A program made the translations under genes and the position numbers. A DNA stretch of 64,000 nucleotides from Macrostomum lignano (lineage: Eukaryota). The notes beneath the pieces were generated by a model. The model was given only the letters and a program-made list of their open reading frames with translations. It searched no databases and had not been told where the DNA came from. The stretch lies in the NCBI GenBank assembly GCA_002269645.1, contig NIVC01000397.1:184463-248462 (forward strand), written 5' to 3'. This document shows positions 27,701-40,900 of the stretch, piece by piece (the first letter of the stretch is position 1; each line of letters starts with the position of its first letter).

Positions 27701-30700
27701 CGTAGACACGGGTTTCCCGCTCTCGGACCGCTTTCCAGAAATCCGCACACTCGGGTTAGGGACCCGTCCTCTGATTCCACCGTTGGGTTGGCGGTGTCCC
27801 CATAGGCTTGGGCTAGTAGCACCAATAAGGCTATTTAACTAGGCCCCGAGTCCTGGTCCCAATCTGGGCCTCTCGGGCTTTATGCCCCTGGTAGTATGGC
27901 CCCTAATATATCCAGCGGCAGAGGCAGAGGCAGAGGCCCCAACGATGCCTTTTGGTTAAATTTTCCTAAGAGAGGAGGACCGCAAACTTAGTTTCGAGAG
28001 CCCAACTGCTTTTTATTAATAAAGAATCCCGTAAAACCCCAACGACCCTAGTTACTAATGCTGAAAACTGAAAACTACTATCAGTAGTGTAAAAGCAAAT
28101 ATTATCCCGTTACTAAATTATGCTTTACTACAATATTATTAAATATAGATTTGCCAATGGTGTGAAGAATTAAATATCTAACTAGGACACTATGCAAAGA
28201 AAACTCAAAATATGAATAATAAAATATCTGCAGGAGGGTTCTTGATACCCTGGCGCACGGAAGCACGCAAGTTTCGTAAACAAGCTCCAATTATACTCGT
28301 GTGTAAGATGCAAATCAATGATATGTTAGAAACATTTATTCTCGCCAGTCTAAATTAATAAAATCCTGAATTCTCTCATGAATCGATGTTAGGCCACTAG
28401 CGCCCCTTGACCCCGCTGCTAAGCTGCTTTACCCGTAGACATTATCAGAATCGAACATAACACCTCAACAGTTTAGTCCTCTGCAGTCTATCCATATTGG
28501 TATGCTTCGGATATACATTGGTAGCGTGATGGCGAAAAAGCAATGCTGTGCAAACTACTGACAGTAGGTCTGTAGCAGATATTAAATGACTTTCTTGTTA
28601 AAAGCGGTACTACTGAGAGAAAATACGTCTAGAGTAATTATTAAAATTATGTAGAGACTAGACAATAGCGCATATACGAGCCAAAAATCTCAGTTAAAAA
28701 AACTGCAGTTGGCACAACCTTGTACTGATAATAGATAATCATCCTTTTGTGCCGTCTCAGTCAACCCGTTCTCAAATATTTTGACTATTTCAAAGGTAAC
28801 ACGTTTGTAATTTTTAAATATGGATACTTAATTCCTACATTTTCGATTATCTAACACTAAATTAGTCATACGTAGCACGTCCCTAATGGCTAATTTAATC
28901 TAGCAGGCGTCATTAGTACCTATGTAGAGACCCAACAGAACTGTATATATACTAGTATAACGGTAGGGGGCACAACTACTAGCAGGCCATAGTCAAAGCA
29001 CTTACTCGTATTAGTGCGCGTACTTTTTTATTGAAAATGGATCCACCAAAAAACACTGGACCGGGCGATGGTGATCAAGGCATCATTGGTATCATCTTGA
29101 CAATTGTAATCCGGTAAAGTGAGTAGCCAACAAACAAGTCGATATTGGTGATTGTAGTAGCAGGTATTTGAGTGGATAATCCCCCATCTGAATAGAATTT
29201 ATACCAGATTATCCCAACCATCCGTTTTTACAGCTGCAACATGCATATCGAGTAAAGGCTCGCATAATTCAATTTTGCTTTGCTACGAATCCAGACTGTG
29301 CCAAATGACGATTACTCAGAATATTTTCAACCGGATCTAAATTCTACTAAATACGAAACAATGGGTAACAATTGACGTACTAATGTGTATACCACAAGTA
29401 AATATACTTTTTCACAACTTTTTTTACTTTTTGGCAAATCAAGAGAGCATTCCAAATGTAAAAATTAAACAAGTATTTAATTGCGTTGAATAGCTCAATG
29501 AACTCGTGCTCAATGAACTCGGTATTTAGACGCGAAGTCTTTTCAAAAAATGAAAACTTTTCGTGTAATGAGAAAGCATAAGTTTTCTAAGCGTCATCCT
29601 ATCATCAAATTCGTTTATTGTTGCCTAAAAATACTGCATAGTTTTGTTATCTAGATGGATTTATCTATTTATGACTTCATTAAAATGCCATACACATACT
29701 GATATATTTATGTGTATGGCATTTATAATTACTGAAATATATCTTTTAGATCGCGCTATTTTGTGAGAATTGACAAAAATATAACAAAAAATGACATTTA
29801 GTTTGTTGCCTTCATGTCAAAATGCATTTTTAAATTCTTTTCAATAAAACAACTGCACAATAGTCCACTTATATACTCCCTAATGATTCAGAGAACAGAG
29901 ATTCCTCGTCCCTAAAATCAGAGAACCATTTACCGTCAAAGTGTAGGTCGTACGGTAAACAAACTTTCTGGCTTAGAATTTGGTGAAGTTTACCGTAGCT
30001 ACGTGGCTTGCACAAGCGTAGTATAGCTTTTGTCGTGCTATGTGGAACAGAGGGCATGCAAACCGGAACGTTGAATTACCTCAAGAAATTAAGACATAGA
30101 AAAGTCGATTTGTCATGCTATTTGGAATGATTTGAGTTTTCTACAGAGACGACAACAAGACGATTTCATTTCATTTCGGTTGATGGAGTTCAGCTAGAAT
30201 GGCGCCGCGGGTACGCGATTGACCGCGTATCGTCGCTGCTTTGCACCGTAGACTGTCGATGAAGGATGTCATTGTTGTTAGGACTCGCGGCTCGTGGACA
30301 CTCACTAAAGCGCACGGTGACAACCCATGGGGTCCTGACATTACGGTTTGCATGGAAATTCCTCGGAGTGAGTTTAGATTGGTGCATTCTGTCATCTAGG
30401 TGGGCCAAACGAAGCAATGATTTCAGGTCTTTTTAGAGTTTACCCAACGGGAAATTTTTAGATTTCACTGTAACGTGGAAATCACAGAGAAACATCTGGA
30501 CAGGTTAGTGCAGAAGCCAGCAAAATACTACAAACGACAGCTTGTCTAAATGGTACACAACACCGAGAATTTTTGCGTCTCTTTGAGAGCTTTAATTTCC
30601 AAGGTACAACCTTGTACGCCTGTACTAATAATATGAAAACATCATTTTACGACCTACCTATAGTATTCAGCTCAATTTCATTCGATGCTTTCTGAAATAG

Positions 30701-30794
30701 ACTGTTAGCTAGTGAAGCTTTTTATAGTAAAAATCGTAATTTCTAAACTAGACTCAACTATATTTATGCCTTATAAAACTTCAGCAGACTCAAT

Positions 30795-30900
30795 CCAACA
30801 TACTAAAAATGGTTTGTCGGTATCTACGTATGTGTGCCTGTCGGTATGTGATCGGTTTCAGCAAAAACGGCTCAACCGATTCTCTTCATTATGTTTCTAA
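30795..30900 (+). mobile_element. Helitron-like 5' fragment
   Basis: AAAAATGGTTTGTCGGTA shared with 36137-36154 (- strand), followed by GT/CTGTC microsatellite-like sequence and AAAAACGGCTCAACCGATT, reminiscent of non-autonomous animal Helitrons. Confidence 0.4.
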
Positions 30901-31788
30901 ATTAGTAGTGAAAGCTAATCGTCATTGGTACCTGTGAATTCTCCTAACGCAAGTGCATATGAATGACAGAGCCTTAAGAATACTTTGTTAACCATAGTCA
31001 GTGCTATAGCTTTGATAGTCGACCGATGGGTTTGAAAAAGGAGCCGGTAAAGAATACCACCTCAGTTGGGAGTCACCAGGATTCCAGGACTCCATGAATT
31101 CTAGATACATCTCTAAGTGATTCGCATTGGTTTTTGTTTCGTCATTATAACATCGCGAGTGACATTAATCTCATACTTGTAAATGATTCCAAACGATTCA
31201 AAAAGTGTAAATTATTACAAACAACGCGCATTCAATTCTTCATGGTTTCCGTTCAGAACTACTTTCTGTCTTGAAAAATAATTTTCATTTCATGGAAACC
31301 AATCGTCGAATTAGATAGTTTGTTTCAGTAGGTTAAATATAATATTTTTTCATTGCAAGTGTCATTTTTGAAGGTCAAATTTGCATAAAGGTTGAGAAGA
31401 AAGCAAAATACGTTAATAGGATCTTGAAGAAAACGATTTAATATGTTATTATCAGGGAATCTGATCGATTAATTATTTGATATCATTGCCTGAGACAATC
31501 TAGGAAATTGAAAATATTTAAGTACAAAGTTCAATAAGCAATCAAATCGTTGCATCGGAAAATGATAGTCGACGGTAATACACAGCAAAAAATAAGGACG
31601 ACAATAGAAGAAAAACAAAAAATAAATTGTTCGCTTGTATCGCAGCTCAACTGATAATTTGTCAAGTTTGATAATCTCTATGATTACAGATATATGTGTA
31701 GTAGATTAAAAACAATATATATTATTTATATAATAATAACAATATATATATCTAGACAGTTTTAAGCTTCCGTATTTGAGGCTGAATT

Positions 31789-31905
31789 TCAATCGTAGTC
31801 ATCGCCGTTCTCGTCTCGCAGTCTGCGCTCTCGTTCGGCGTCCCTCAAGCTGGCCGCCAGATGGGGATAACCCGATGCGTTCAGCGCCCTGCAGAGGATC
31901 AGAAC
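31789..31905 (-). CDS. DTHD1-like exon 10 (death domain end, stop)
   Basis: cgccag|GTT CTG...TAC GAT TGA; VLILCRALNASGYPHLAASL. Confidence 0.85.
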   Translation of the reverse strand, partial: VLILCRALNASGYPHLAASLRDAERERRLRDENGDDYD

Positions 31906-34900
31906 CTGGCGCGAGCCAATGAAATTTATGATTAGTGAGCATTATATCAGCATGTCAGCAAGGACTTGTCGCCAGCGAATTGATGCTGCAGAATAATAAT
32001 AATATACTTTAAATAATAGTCAGACAAATACAATTTCATCGCCAATTAGTTTTGTGGACTAGTGTACTGCCCCCCATTGGGCGGGGGCTTTATGGAAGAC
32101 AGCTTGGCGAGCCTACTTGGGCTACTGCAGTATATGAGCCATTGTATTGTCGCCAGCGACTAACTGGTTAAGAAAATGCAGTTATGATTACACGAGGGTA
32201 CTTCTCAAAGTACAAATGCAAGCAAGTTTACTTGCAATCAAAGAAAATGATTTCTCACCTTATTTTTCAACACGGGCAGCTTCTTAACCCAGGTAATTAA
32301 CATATCATAGGCTTGGGTCTCCTGTGACTCGCTCGTCTTCTTAATAACTGAGCATCGTTTCTTAGAAACCTCCAACTTATCGGCCAGCAATTCCCAATTG
32401 TCGCAGACAAGTTCAGCTAGATCGCGAAGATATTCCATTGTCACCGAGTCTATAAATAATCGATCAGTTTGTACTTTTGATAAACATTCCTAGCTTACTC
32501 AGCTATCAGAAGGTCTCACCTTTCGATTTGAAGACAAAAGGCGTTGCCCTAGGCGACTTGACTCGCAACTCCTCCTCAGATTTGGGCACGCAGATGAGCA
32601 TCTTAGCAACCACAGCCTCCTCCATCACAGTCACTGTCTGATGAGGGTTTCCCTTCTTTGCGTCCTTTACTGGCTTCTGCACCGCCATGTCCGTAGTGAC
32701 CTCGATATAGCCGCGGAACTGGTCAAGAGCCCGCTGGGCAAAGCGATCTCGTTCCGTAACGCTGCATGGTTTTGAAAGGCAAAGCTTACTACTAACAGTA
32801 ACCAATAAGTACCGAAGAAAATGTATAAAACCATCTATAGTGATTGAAAGGTTGAGCTATAGCTTCTTCCACGTTCGAATCCTTAAAACAGGTCTATGAA
32901 GTTCTCCCGCAGTAAGGTTTTCCCGCAGGATGTTTTCCCACAGCGAGATTTTCCCGCGAGATTTTCCTGCGGCGAGGTTTTCCCGCAGGGTTTTTACAGT
33001 CGGGATTGGATTTGAAATCTAATCTAGTCTAGTTCTAATCTAGTCTAGCCTTTAATCTAGTCTAGTTTTTAATATAGTCTAGTTTATGTCTAGTCTAGTC
33101 TAGCCTAGCCTAGTCTAGCCTAGTCTAGTATAGTCTAGGCTAGTTCTAATCTAGTCGAGCACTGTCTATAGACTGGATTTGACTAGAAATTCCGACTGTA
33201 GAAACCCAGCCGGAAAACCTCGGCGGGAAAACTCTTGCAGGAAAACCTCCTGCGGGAAAACCTCGCCGCGGGAAAGCTTCCTACGGGAAATTCTCGTGCT
33301 CCCCTTAAAAGACTACAACAGCTAGAGGCTACCAATAACTTAGAGCGTACCAATACAAGTATCCTAAAACTGGATTTTTCTATTTAGTCTGCAACATACT
33401 AACATAGTCTCTTCCAATACCCTACGGCTGAATCTACCAATATCCCATATAGTATCTAAAGTATTTATAAATACCCTACCAGAGTCCACAGACACTCACG
33501 AAAGCTCGAGTCGATTCTTCATCTGAGAATTAAAGTGCAACACAAACTCTGACGGCCTGTCCGGGTCGTCATCCTCGCAGATGATGTTGCCGCGGAATCT
33601 TAATCGAAATTGCTGCCTCTCGCGAACTCGAATGTCTTCGCTGACGCCGGGGCCGTTGCTGCCACCACCGCCACCGCCAAGACCGCCAGAGATTCCGTCA
33701 TAGCCATAGCCGGCTTCTTGAAGCTGCTTCAGAGTCCGATCGAGGCGACCGCTGGCTGTGAGTGCCAGAGACACCTGCGGGTAATTGTTTGTAACTAATT
33801 TTGTAGTTTGAAAATTAACATTACATTTTCAGCTAACCATCGTTGTCCTTAAAGTGCGAAAACCCGCCTGAATTGGTGTCTTCAGTTGCAACATCAACCA
33901 TCTCTATCGGTGTGTTAAGTTGCAACAGCATCCACCTCCATTGGTGTGTTGAGTTGCAGCATCATCCACCTCCATTGGTGTGTTGAGTTGCAACAGCATC
34001 CACCTCCATTGGTGTGTTGAGTTGCAACAACATCCACCTCCATTGGTGTGTTGAGTTGCAACAACATCCACCTCCATTGGTGTGTTGAGTTGCAACAACA
34101 TCCACCTCCATTGGTGTGTTGAGTTGCAACAACATCCACCTCCATTGGTATGTTGAGTTGCAACAGCATCCACCTCCATCGGTGTGCTGAACTGCAACAG
34201 CATCCACCTCCATCGGTGTGCTGAGCTGCAACAACATCCACCTCCATCGGTGTGCTGAACTGCAACAGCATCCACCTCCATCGGTGTGCTGAGCTGCAAC
34301 AGCATCCACCTCCATCGGTGTGCTGAGCTGCAACAGCATCCACCTCCATCGGTGTGCTGAGCTGCAACAGCATCCACCTCCATCGGTGTGCTGAGCTGCA
34401 ACAGCATCCACCTCCATTGGTATGTTGAGTTGCAACAACATCCACCTCCATTGGTGTGTTGAGTTGCAACAACATCCACCTCCATTGGTGTGTTGAGTTG
34501 CAACAACATCCACCTCCATTGGTGTGTTGAGTTGCAACAGCATCCACCTCCATTGGTGTGTTGAGTTGCAACAACATCCACCTCCATTGGTGTGTTGAGT
34601 TGCAACAACATCCACCTCCATTGGTGTGTTGAGTTGCAACAACATCCACCTCCATTGGTATGTTGAGTTGCAACAGCATCCACCTCCATCGGTGTGCTGA
34701 ACTGCAACAGCATCCACCTCCATCGGTGTGCTGAGCTGCAACAGCATCCACCTCCATCGGTGTGCTGAGCTGCAACAGCATCCACCTCCATCGGTGTGCT
34801 GAGCTGCAACAGCATCCACCTCCATCGGTGTGCTGAGCTGCAACAGCATCCACCTCCATCGGTGTGCTGAGCTGCAACAGCATCCACCTCCATCGGTGTG

Positions 34901-37900
34901 CTGAGCTGCAACAGCATCCACCTCCATCGGTGTGCTGAGCTGCAACAGCATCCACCTCCATCGGTGTGCTGAGCTGCAACAGCATCCACCTCCATCGGTG
35001 TGCTGAGCTGCAACAGCATCCACCTCCATCGGTGTGCTGAGCTGCAACAGCATCCACCTCCATCGGTGTGCTGAGCTGCAACAGCATCCACCTCTATCGG
35101 TGTGCTGAGCTGCAACAGCATCCACCTAGCTCCATCGGTGTGCAGAACATTTTTCGTCCGGGAGTACTTCCGAAACCAAAACAATTAGTCCGGTGTTTTT
35201 TATACTTGCTACTTAAAGTAATGTTATGACGATATTTTACTGAAATCAAAGTTTCGTTATAGAGCGTGCACATGTATCTTACACAGGACACCAATTTAAC
35301 TTCTTATATACTCGTACAATACCTAGATATATCGGACAAAATGTCTTGATTTTCGGACAAACTGTCTTGCACTTCGGACGATATGACTTGGATAACAAAG
35401 CCGGACGAAGTGTCCCGGATGAGAAGTCTTAAGACGAAGTGTCCGCAAACTATTGAGATTGTATATTGTTGCAACTGAACACACCATAGTTTTACAGTAG
35501 CTTGTATCAGAGACTTAATTTGCTTCAGTACCCTTGTAGTGCAACAGTACCCTTATAATTAGCAGTGCATGTTCCTAGAACTTGTAAGTTGTAAGGAAAT
35601 AATTAGGTTCAACCCGACAGAATATTATCTAAGGCCCTGATATTTACGACCCCCAATATAGCTCCTGCTCGTTCTTTAGTGACCACGAAGGTGAGGGATT
35701 GGCTAGTATACCCTGAAAAGTTAAAATCATAGGAAATCTCTGGCATCGCTGCAAGTTTGGTCAGGTGTGGCAGCAAAAGGTTGTGTACTTTAAGATCCCG
35801 AGACCGATGAAGAGGTTGTTACGGTTTCTGTAGACTCCGAGGCAGATTTATTATTTTAGGAACTATTACGAGAGTGGATGAGGACTATTTCATCACGCCG
35901 GCAGTTCCTCATCAGTGCAGACCCAGATGAACCCAGCGCATAACAAATATTATTCGTTTGCGTGTTTAGCAACCTTACCAGAAAGCTTCTAAGAATAATG
36001 GTCTGGTTAGCACGACTTGTAGCTATAATATTTGCACAAGACAAAAGCAACGTGATTAGAATTGATATAAAATGAGTAAAATTAACAGTTCTCAAAATGA
36101 ACTAATGGATGATGCCATCTGTAGTTGCTCTACCTGTACCGACAAACCATTTTTATTAGATGGAAGACAAGCTGTTGAAACCCGCGGATTTTGAACCCGG
36201 GGAACTCCATTCCCAAGAATTATTTTTGCATGTATTCTAAAATCTGAGGTCAAACTCAAACAAAAACTTGTTAATAGTTGGGATAGAGTTAAACATAAAA
36301 TAGTGTACATTCATGTAAAATTAGGATTTGAGGCAAACATTGATATTGTTGGCTGGGGTGCTGCGCAGAATGTCAGGAAAACTGTGGCCTCTACCTCTGC
36401 CTCTCCCTATGTCCTTTTGCATCCTTTGAAACTTCCATCTTCTTTTCTGTTTCCTATCTTCTCTCTCGTCTCTTCTCTCTCTCCCCTCTTATCTCTTCTT
36501 TCTTCTCTCCTCTCTCGTCTCCTCTCTCGTCTCTTCCCTCTCCCCTCTATTCTTTTCTCTCTCTTCTCTTCTCTTCGCTCTGGTCTCTGGTCTCTCATAT
36601 CTCCTTTCTCCTGTTTTATCTTTTCTCATTTCTCTCTGCTCTCTACTCTCTCTTCCCTCACCTCTCTTCTCACTCCTTACTCTACCCTCTCTCAACACTT
36701 TCCTTATCTCTACTCTCTCCTTTTTCCTCTCTTCTCTCAACTCTTTCCTCTCCTCTGTCCACTCTCTCCTCTAATCTCTTCTATCGTCTCTTCCCTCACC
36801 TCCCTTCTGTCTCGTCTTTGCTCTCTTATCTCTCATTTCTCTTTTAACAAAACAAAACGAACAAAATTGTCCACAGACACACAGACACACAGACAGAGTT
36901 TTGATTTTTATATGTAGAGATTTAGTATAGTTGGATTTCACACTGGCCATAGTCAACAGTTAGTAGGGTCGTAGTCCAGTGGTCTAACTTGGCGCTCTGA
37001 TGTGCCAGCGGTCCAGGCTCGATTCCAAGTGCAGTCACATTTAATTTGGGGCCGAATTGGAATCTCGGCTTGGCCCTGCTCGTGCAATTAATGGCCTTGA
37101 GGGCCAACCCCCCAAGGCGCAGTGAAGTGTACATGCCTAACGATAATATAAAGTTAGGGCCACTGTACACTCCTGTGTGAGTGTGTGCCTGTGTGCGTAT
37201 GACTGCGTACGTATCCGCGCGCTTGTGGGCCTCCCCAAGCCCAAGCAGCCCCAATGCCTCTAAAAATAACAAACCTCGGTCAAATTATCCGACTTTTGAC
37301 GCAGAACAAAGCAGGCCGATTTGTCTTCCAGATTGGTCTCGATTGCTTCGCAAATTCGACTCGCTGTGTCCGCGTTGAACTCGGGCTTTACTCGGAATGC
37401 GATAAACCTGCGAGTTAATTGTGGGGGGCGGTATGTGGCTGCTGTGTTGGAGTTCGGGCTCCTTTAGTCGAAGGGGGCTTATGCTGCTTCACAGTGGCAT
37501 TTGAATTGGGTACAATGTGGCAGGGTGGGATTAAAGCTTTAGAGGATTAGGTGATTAGAGATTCAGAGAATTCGGGGATTTGAGATTTTGTTATGTCTTT
37601 TATTACAGAACTAAAGACTTAGAAATTAAAGCCTAGGGACTAGAGTTTTAGGGATTTGATAAGAATTTGGGATTTGGGGAATTGGGATTAGGGGAATTGG
37701 GATTAGGGGTATAGGGATTAGGGGAATTGGGATTAGGGGATTTGGAATTAGGGGATTTGGGATTTGGGGATTTGGGATTTGGGGATTTGGGATTTGGGGA
37801 TTTGGGATTAAGGGATTTGGGATTAGGGGATTTGAGATTAGGGGATTTGAGATTAGGGGATTTGAGATTAGGGGATTTGGGATTTGGGGATTTGAGATTA

Positions 37901-40900
37901 GGGGATTTGAGATTAGGGGATTTGAGATTAGGGGATTTGGGATTTGGGGATTTGGGATTTGGGGATTTGGGATTTGGGGATTTGGGATTAGGGGATTTGG
38001 GATTTGGGGATTTGGGATTAGGGGATTTAGGATTAGGATCGAGGATTTAAACAAACAACAAAATTGTTTACCGTCTATCGTAGAATCGAGTTGTCCTGAA
38101 GCCCACAATATCCTTTCCAGGCTCCTCCTCAATGTCGAGCTGGTCGAGGACGCTCCAGCTGCCGCCACCGCTGCCACCGACACCGACGCATCGACGCTGC
38201 CCGTCGCAGCCGAGCAGCACGACGAGCTCGTCTTCCTCGTCGCTGTTTGGCGTCGCCTTTGGCTTCGCCGTCATCGGGCGGCCGGAAGCAGCCACGGAGG
38301 ACGCGGCGCCGCCAGCTGCACCAGCGGTGGCGGTGCCCGGTCGGGTCTTCTTCGCGCCAGCCGGGTTCAGCGGCAGCTGGAAGTTGAAGGTGACCGGCCG
38401 CAGAGTGTTCTTGCAGATCGAGGCTGCGGGTGGATTGATTTTTTGGTGAGCGTCTGGTGTTGCATTCTTGCTGGAGATTGGGGCGGTTTCTGAGTAGATG
38501 CGAGCGTAAAGTAGAGCCTGAAGCAGATTCTTAGTAGATAAAGTAGAGCCTGAAGTAGATTCTGAGTAGATAAAGTAAAGCCTGGAGTAGATTCTTAGTA
38601 GATAAAGTAGAGCCCGAGGTAGATTTTGAGTAAGATAAAGTAGCGCCTGAAGTAGATTCTGAGTAGATAAAGTAGAACCTGAAGTAGATTCTGAGTAGAT
38701 AAAGTAGAACCTGAAGTAGATTCTGAGTAGATAAAGTAGAACCTGAAGTAGATTCTGAGTAGATAAAGTAGAGCCCGGAGTAGCTTCTGAGTAGATAAAG
38801 TAGAGCCTAAAGTAGATCCTGAGTAGACACGCGGAGTAGAGTTTGAGGCGGAATTTAAGGAGAGAGACAGTCACGTCCTGAGCAGTGAACTCACTGTGCT
38901 GAATGATGGAGCTGCAGGTGAGCAGGCCGTGAGTCTCCCGCGGCAGCTGCGACTTGATGACAGCCAGAGTCGAGGAGTCAACAGGCTGAACTTCAATGGT
39001 TTGGTCAAGCTGGATTTTTAACGCGTCCTCAGGCACGGTGAGGCAAATTCTGTTGTCAACGGAGCTGCTGTACCGGATGCCGGGTTTGCCAACGCTGAAT
39101 CTGTCCGTTTTGAGTTTGTTCACCGCCACCGCAGTGACTGAAGTGTCCGTGATTTTGGTCTCCACCCAGCGGGCTGGAAGGCCCTGCATATCGATGTGCG
39201 TCTCAGCCGATGGGCGCTCCTGCCAGCGACCGTCTTCGTAGATCTGATAGAATTTTAGTATATAGAAGTAACATAGGTTTCTTAGAAATGCAGACTCCGA
39301 ATAAGTTTCCTAGAAATGGAAACGTATTCTTAGAATACGAATATGTTTCTTATAGAATGCCATCCAATTCTTGGAAATCAAAAATAAGTTTCCTAGAAAT
39401 GGAAACGTATTCTTAGAATACGAATATGTTTCGTATAGAATGCCATCCAATTCTTGGGAATCAAAATAAGTTTCCTAGAAATGGAAACGTATTCTTAGAA
39501 TACGAATATGTTTCGTATAGAATGCCATACCATTTTTGGGAATCAAAATAAGTTTCCTAGAAATGGAAACGTATTCTTAGAATACGAATATGTTTCTTAT
39601 AGAATGCCATCCAATTCTTGGGAATCAAAATAAGTTTCCTAGAAATGGAAACGTATTCTTAGAATGCGAATATGTTTCTTATAGAATGCCATCCAATTCT
39701 TGGGAATCAAAATAAGTTTCCTAGAAATGGAAACGTATTCTTAGAATGCGAATATGTTTCTTATAGAATGCCATCCAATTCTTGGGAATCAAAATAAGTT
39801 TCCTAGAAATGGAAACGTATTCTTAGAATACGAATATGTTTCTTATAGAATGCCATCCCATTCTTGGGAATCAAAATAAGTTTCCTAGAAATGGAAACGT
39901 ATTCTTAGAATACGAATATGTTTCTTATAGAATGCCATCCCATTCTTGGGAATCAAAATAAGTTTCCTAGAAATGGAAACGTATTCTTAGAATACGAATA
40001 TGTTTCTTATAGAATGCCATCCAATTCTTGGGAATCAAAATAAGTTTCCTAGAAATGGAAACGTATTCTTAGAATACGAATATGTTTCTTATAGAATGCC
40101 ATCCCATTCTTGGGAATCAAAATAAGTTTCCTAGAAATGGAAACGTATTCTTAGAATACGAATATGTTTCTTATAGAATGCCATCCCATTCTTGGGAATC
40201 AAAAAAATTTTCTTAGAAATATAGAACCATTCTTGGAAACTCAGTAAGCTTCGTCTAAGACGATAAATAAGTTTCTTTGAGATAGAAAGCTATTTTTAAA
40301 GTTTCTTAGAAATGCTAATCCGTTGGTAAATAAATGCACATAAAAATTTTTATTAGAATTAGGCACAAAAAGTCTCCGATTGCCAAGTTAAATCTAAGTG
40401 CTATAAAGTTAAATAGTAAGCCTACCAAAAGATTTTTAGAAATATAAGCCTATTCGTAGAAAGGCAGATTCTTCCCTAGAAACAATCTATTTTCTAAATA
40501 TTAACCAACCGATTAGGAAATAAAGAAGCCATTCTCCTCAAAGAATTTTTTTCCGAGAAAGCTGATTCTTTCAAAACACAAACCGATTTCGTAGAAAGCA
40601 AATTCATTCCCTAGAAGAAAACCTATTTCCGAGAATACATCAAATTTCTAGGAAGCAAACCCATTTCCTAGAAAACAACTTGGATTCCAAGAAAGTACAT
40701 CAAATTCCTGAAAAACAAACCCATCTCATAGAAAATGCTTTTATAAAAAAACGATTTGATTTGCTAGAAGGCTCATTCTTGATTTGGAATACACAATTAG
40801 CGACCATTTCTTAGAATGCAAATCGATTTCGTTTTACTTAGAGCAGCTCAGCCTGCACCCATCTCACTCACGTAGACCACGGTTTCCCTGGCCGCTTGCC

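Noticed and set aside
30170-30420. Short protein-like frames in a GC-richer island
   Set aside because: Interrupted by stops, no family recognised, no splice sites.
33904-35184. Three overlapping ~390-430 aa Cys/Trp-rich ORFs
   Set aside because: The 34-bp unit is stop-free on the - strand and cycles through all frames; it lies in intron 6 of the DTHD1-like gene.
36965-37050. Functional tRNA gene
   Set aside because: Degenerate B box and acceptor stem, and it continues into a SINE-like body.
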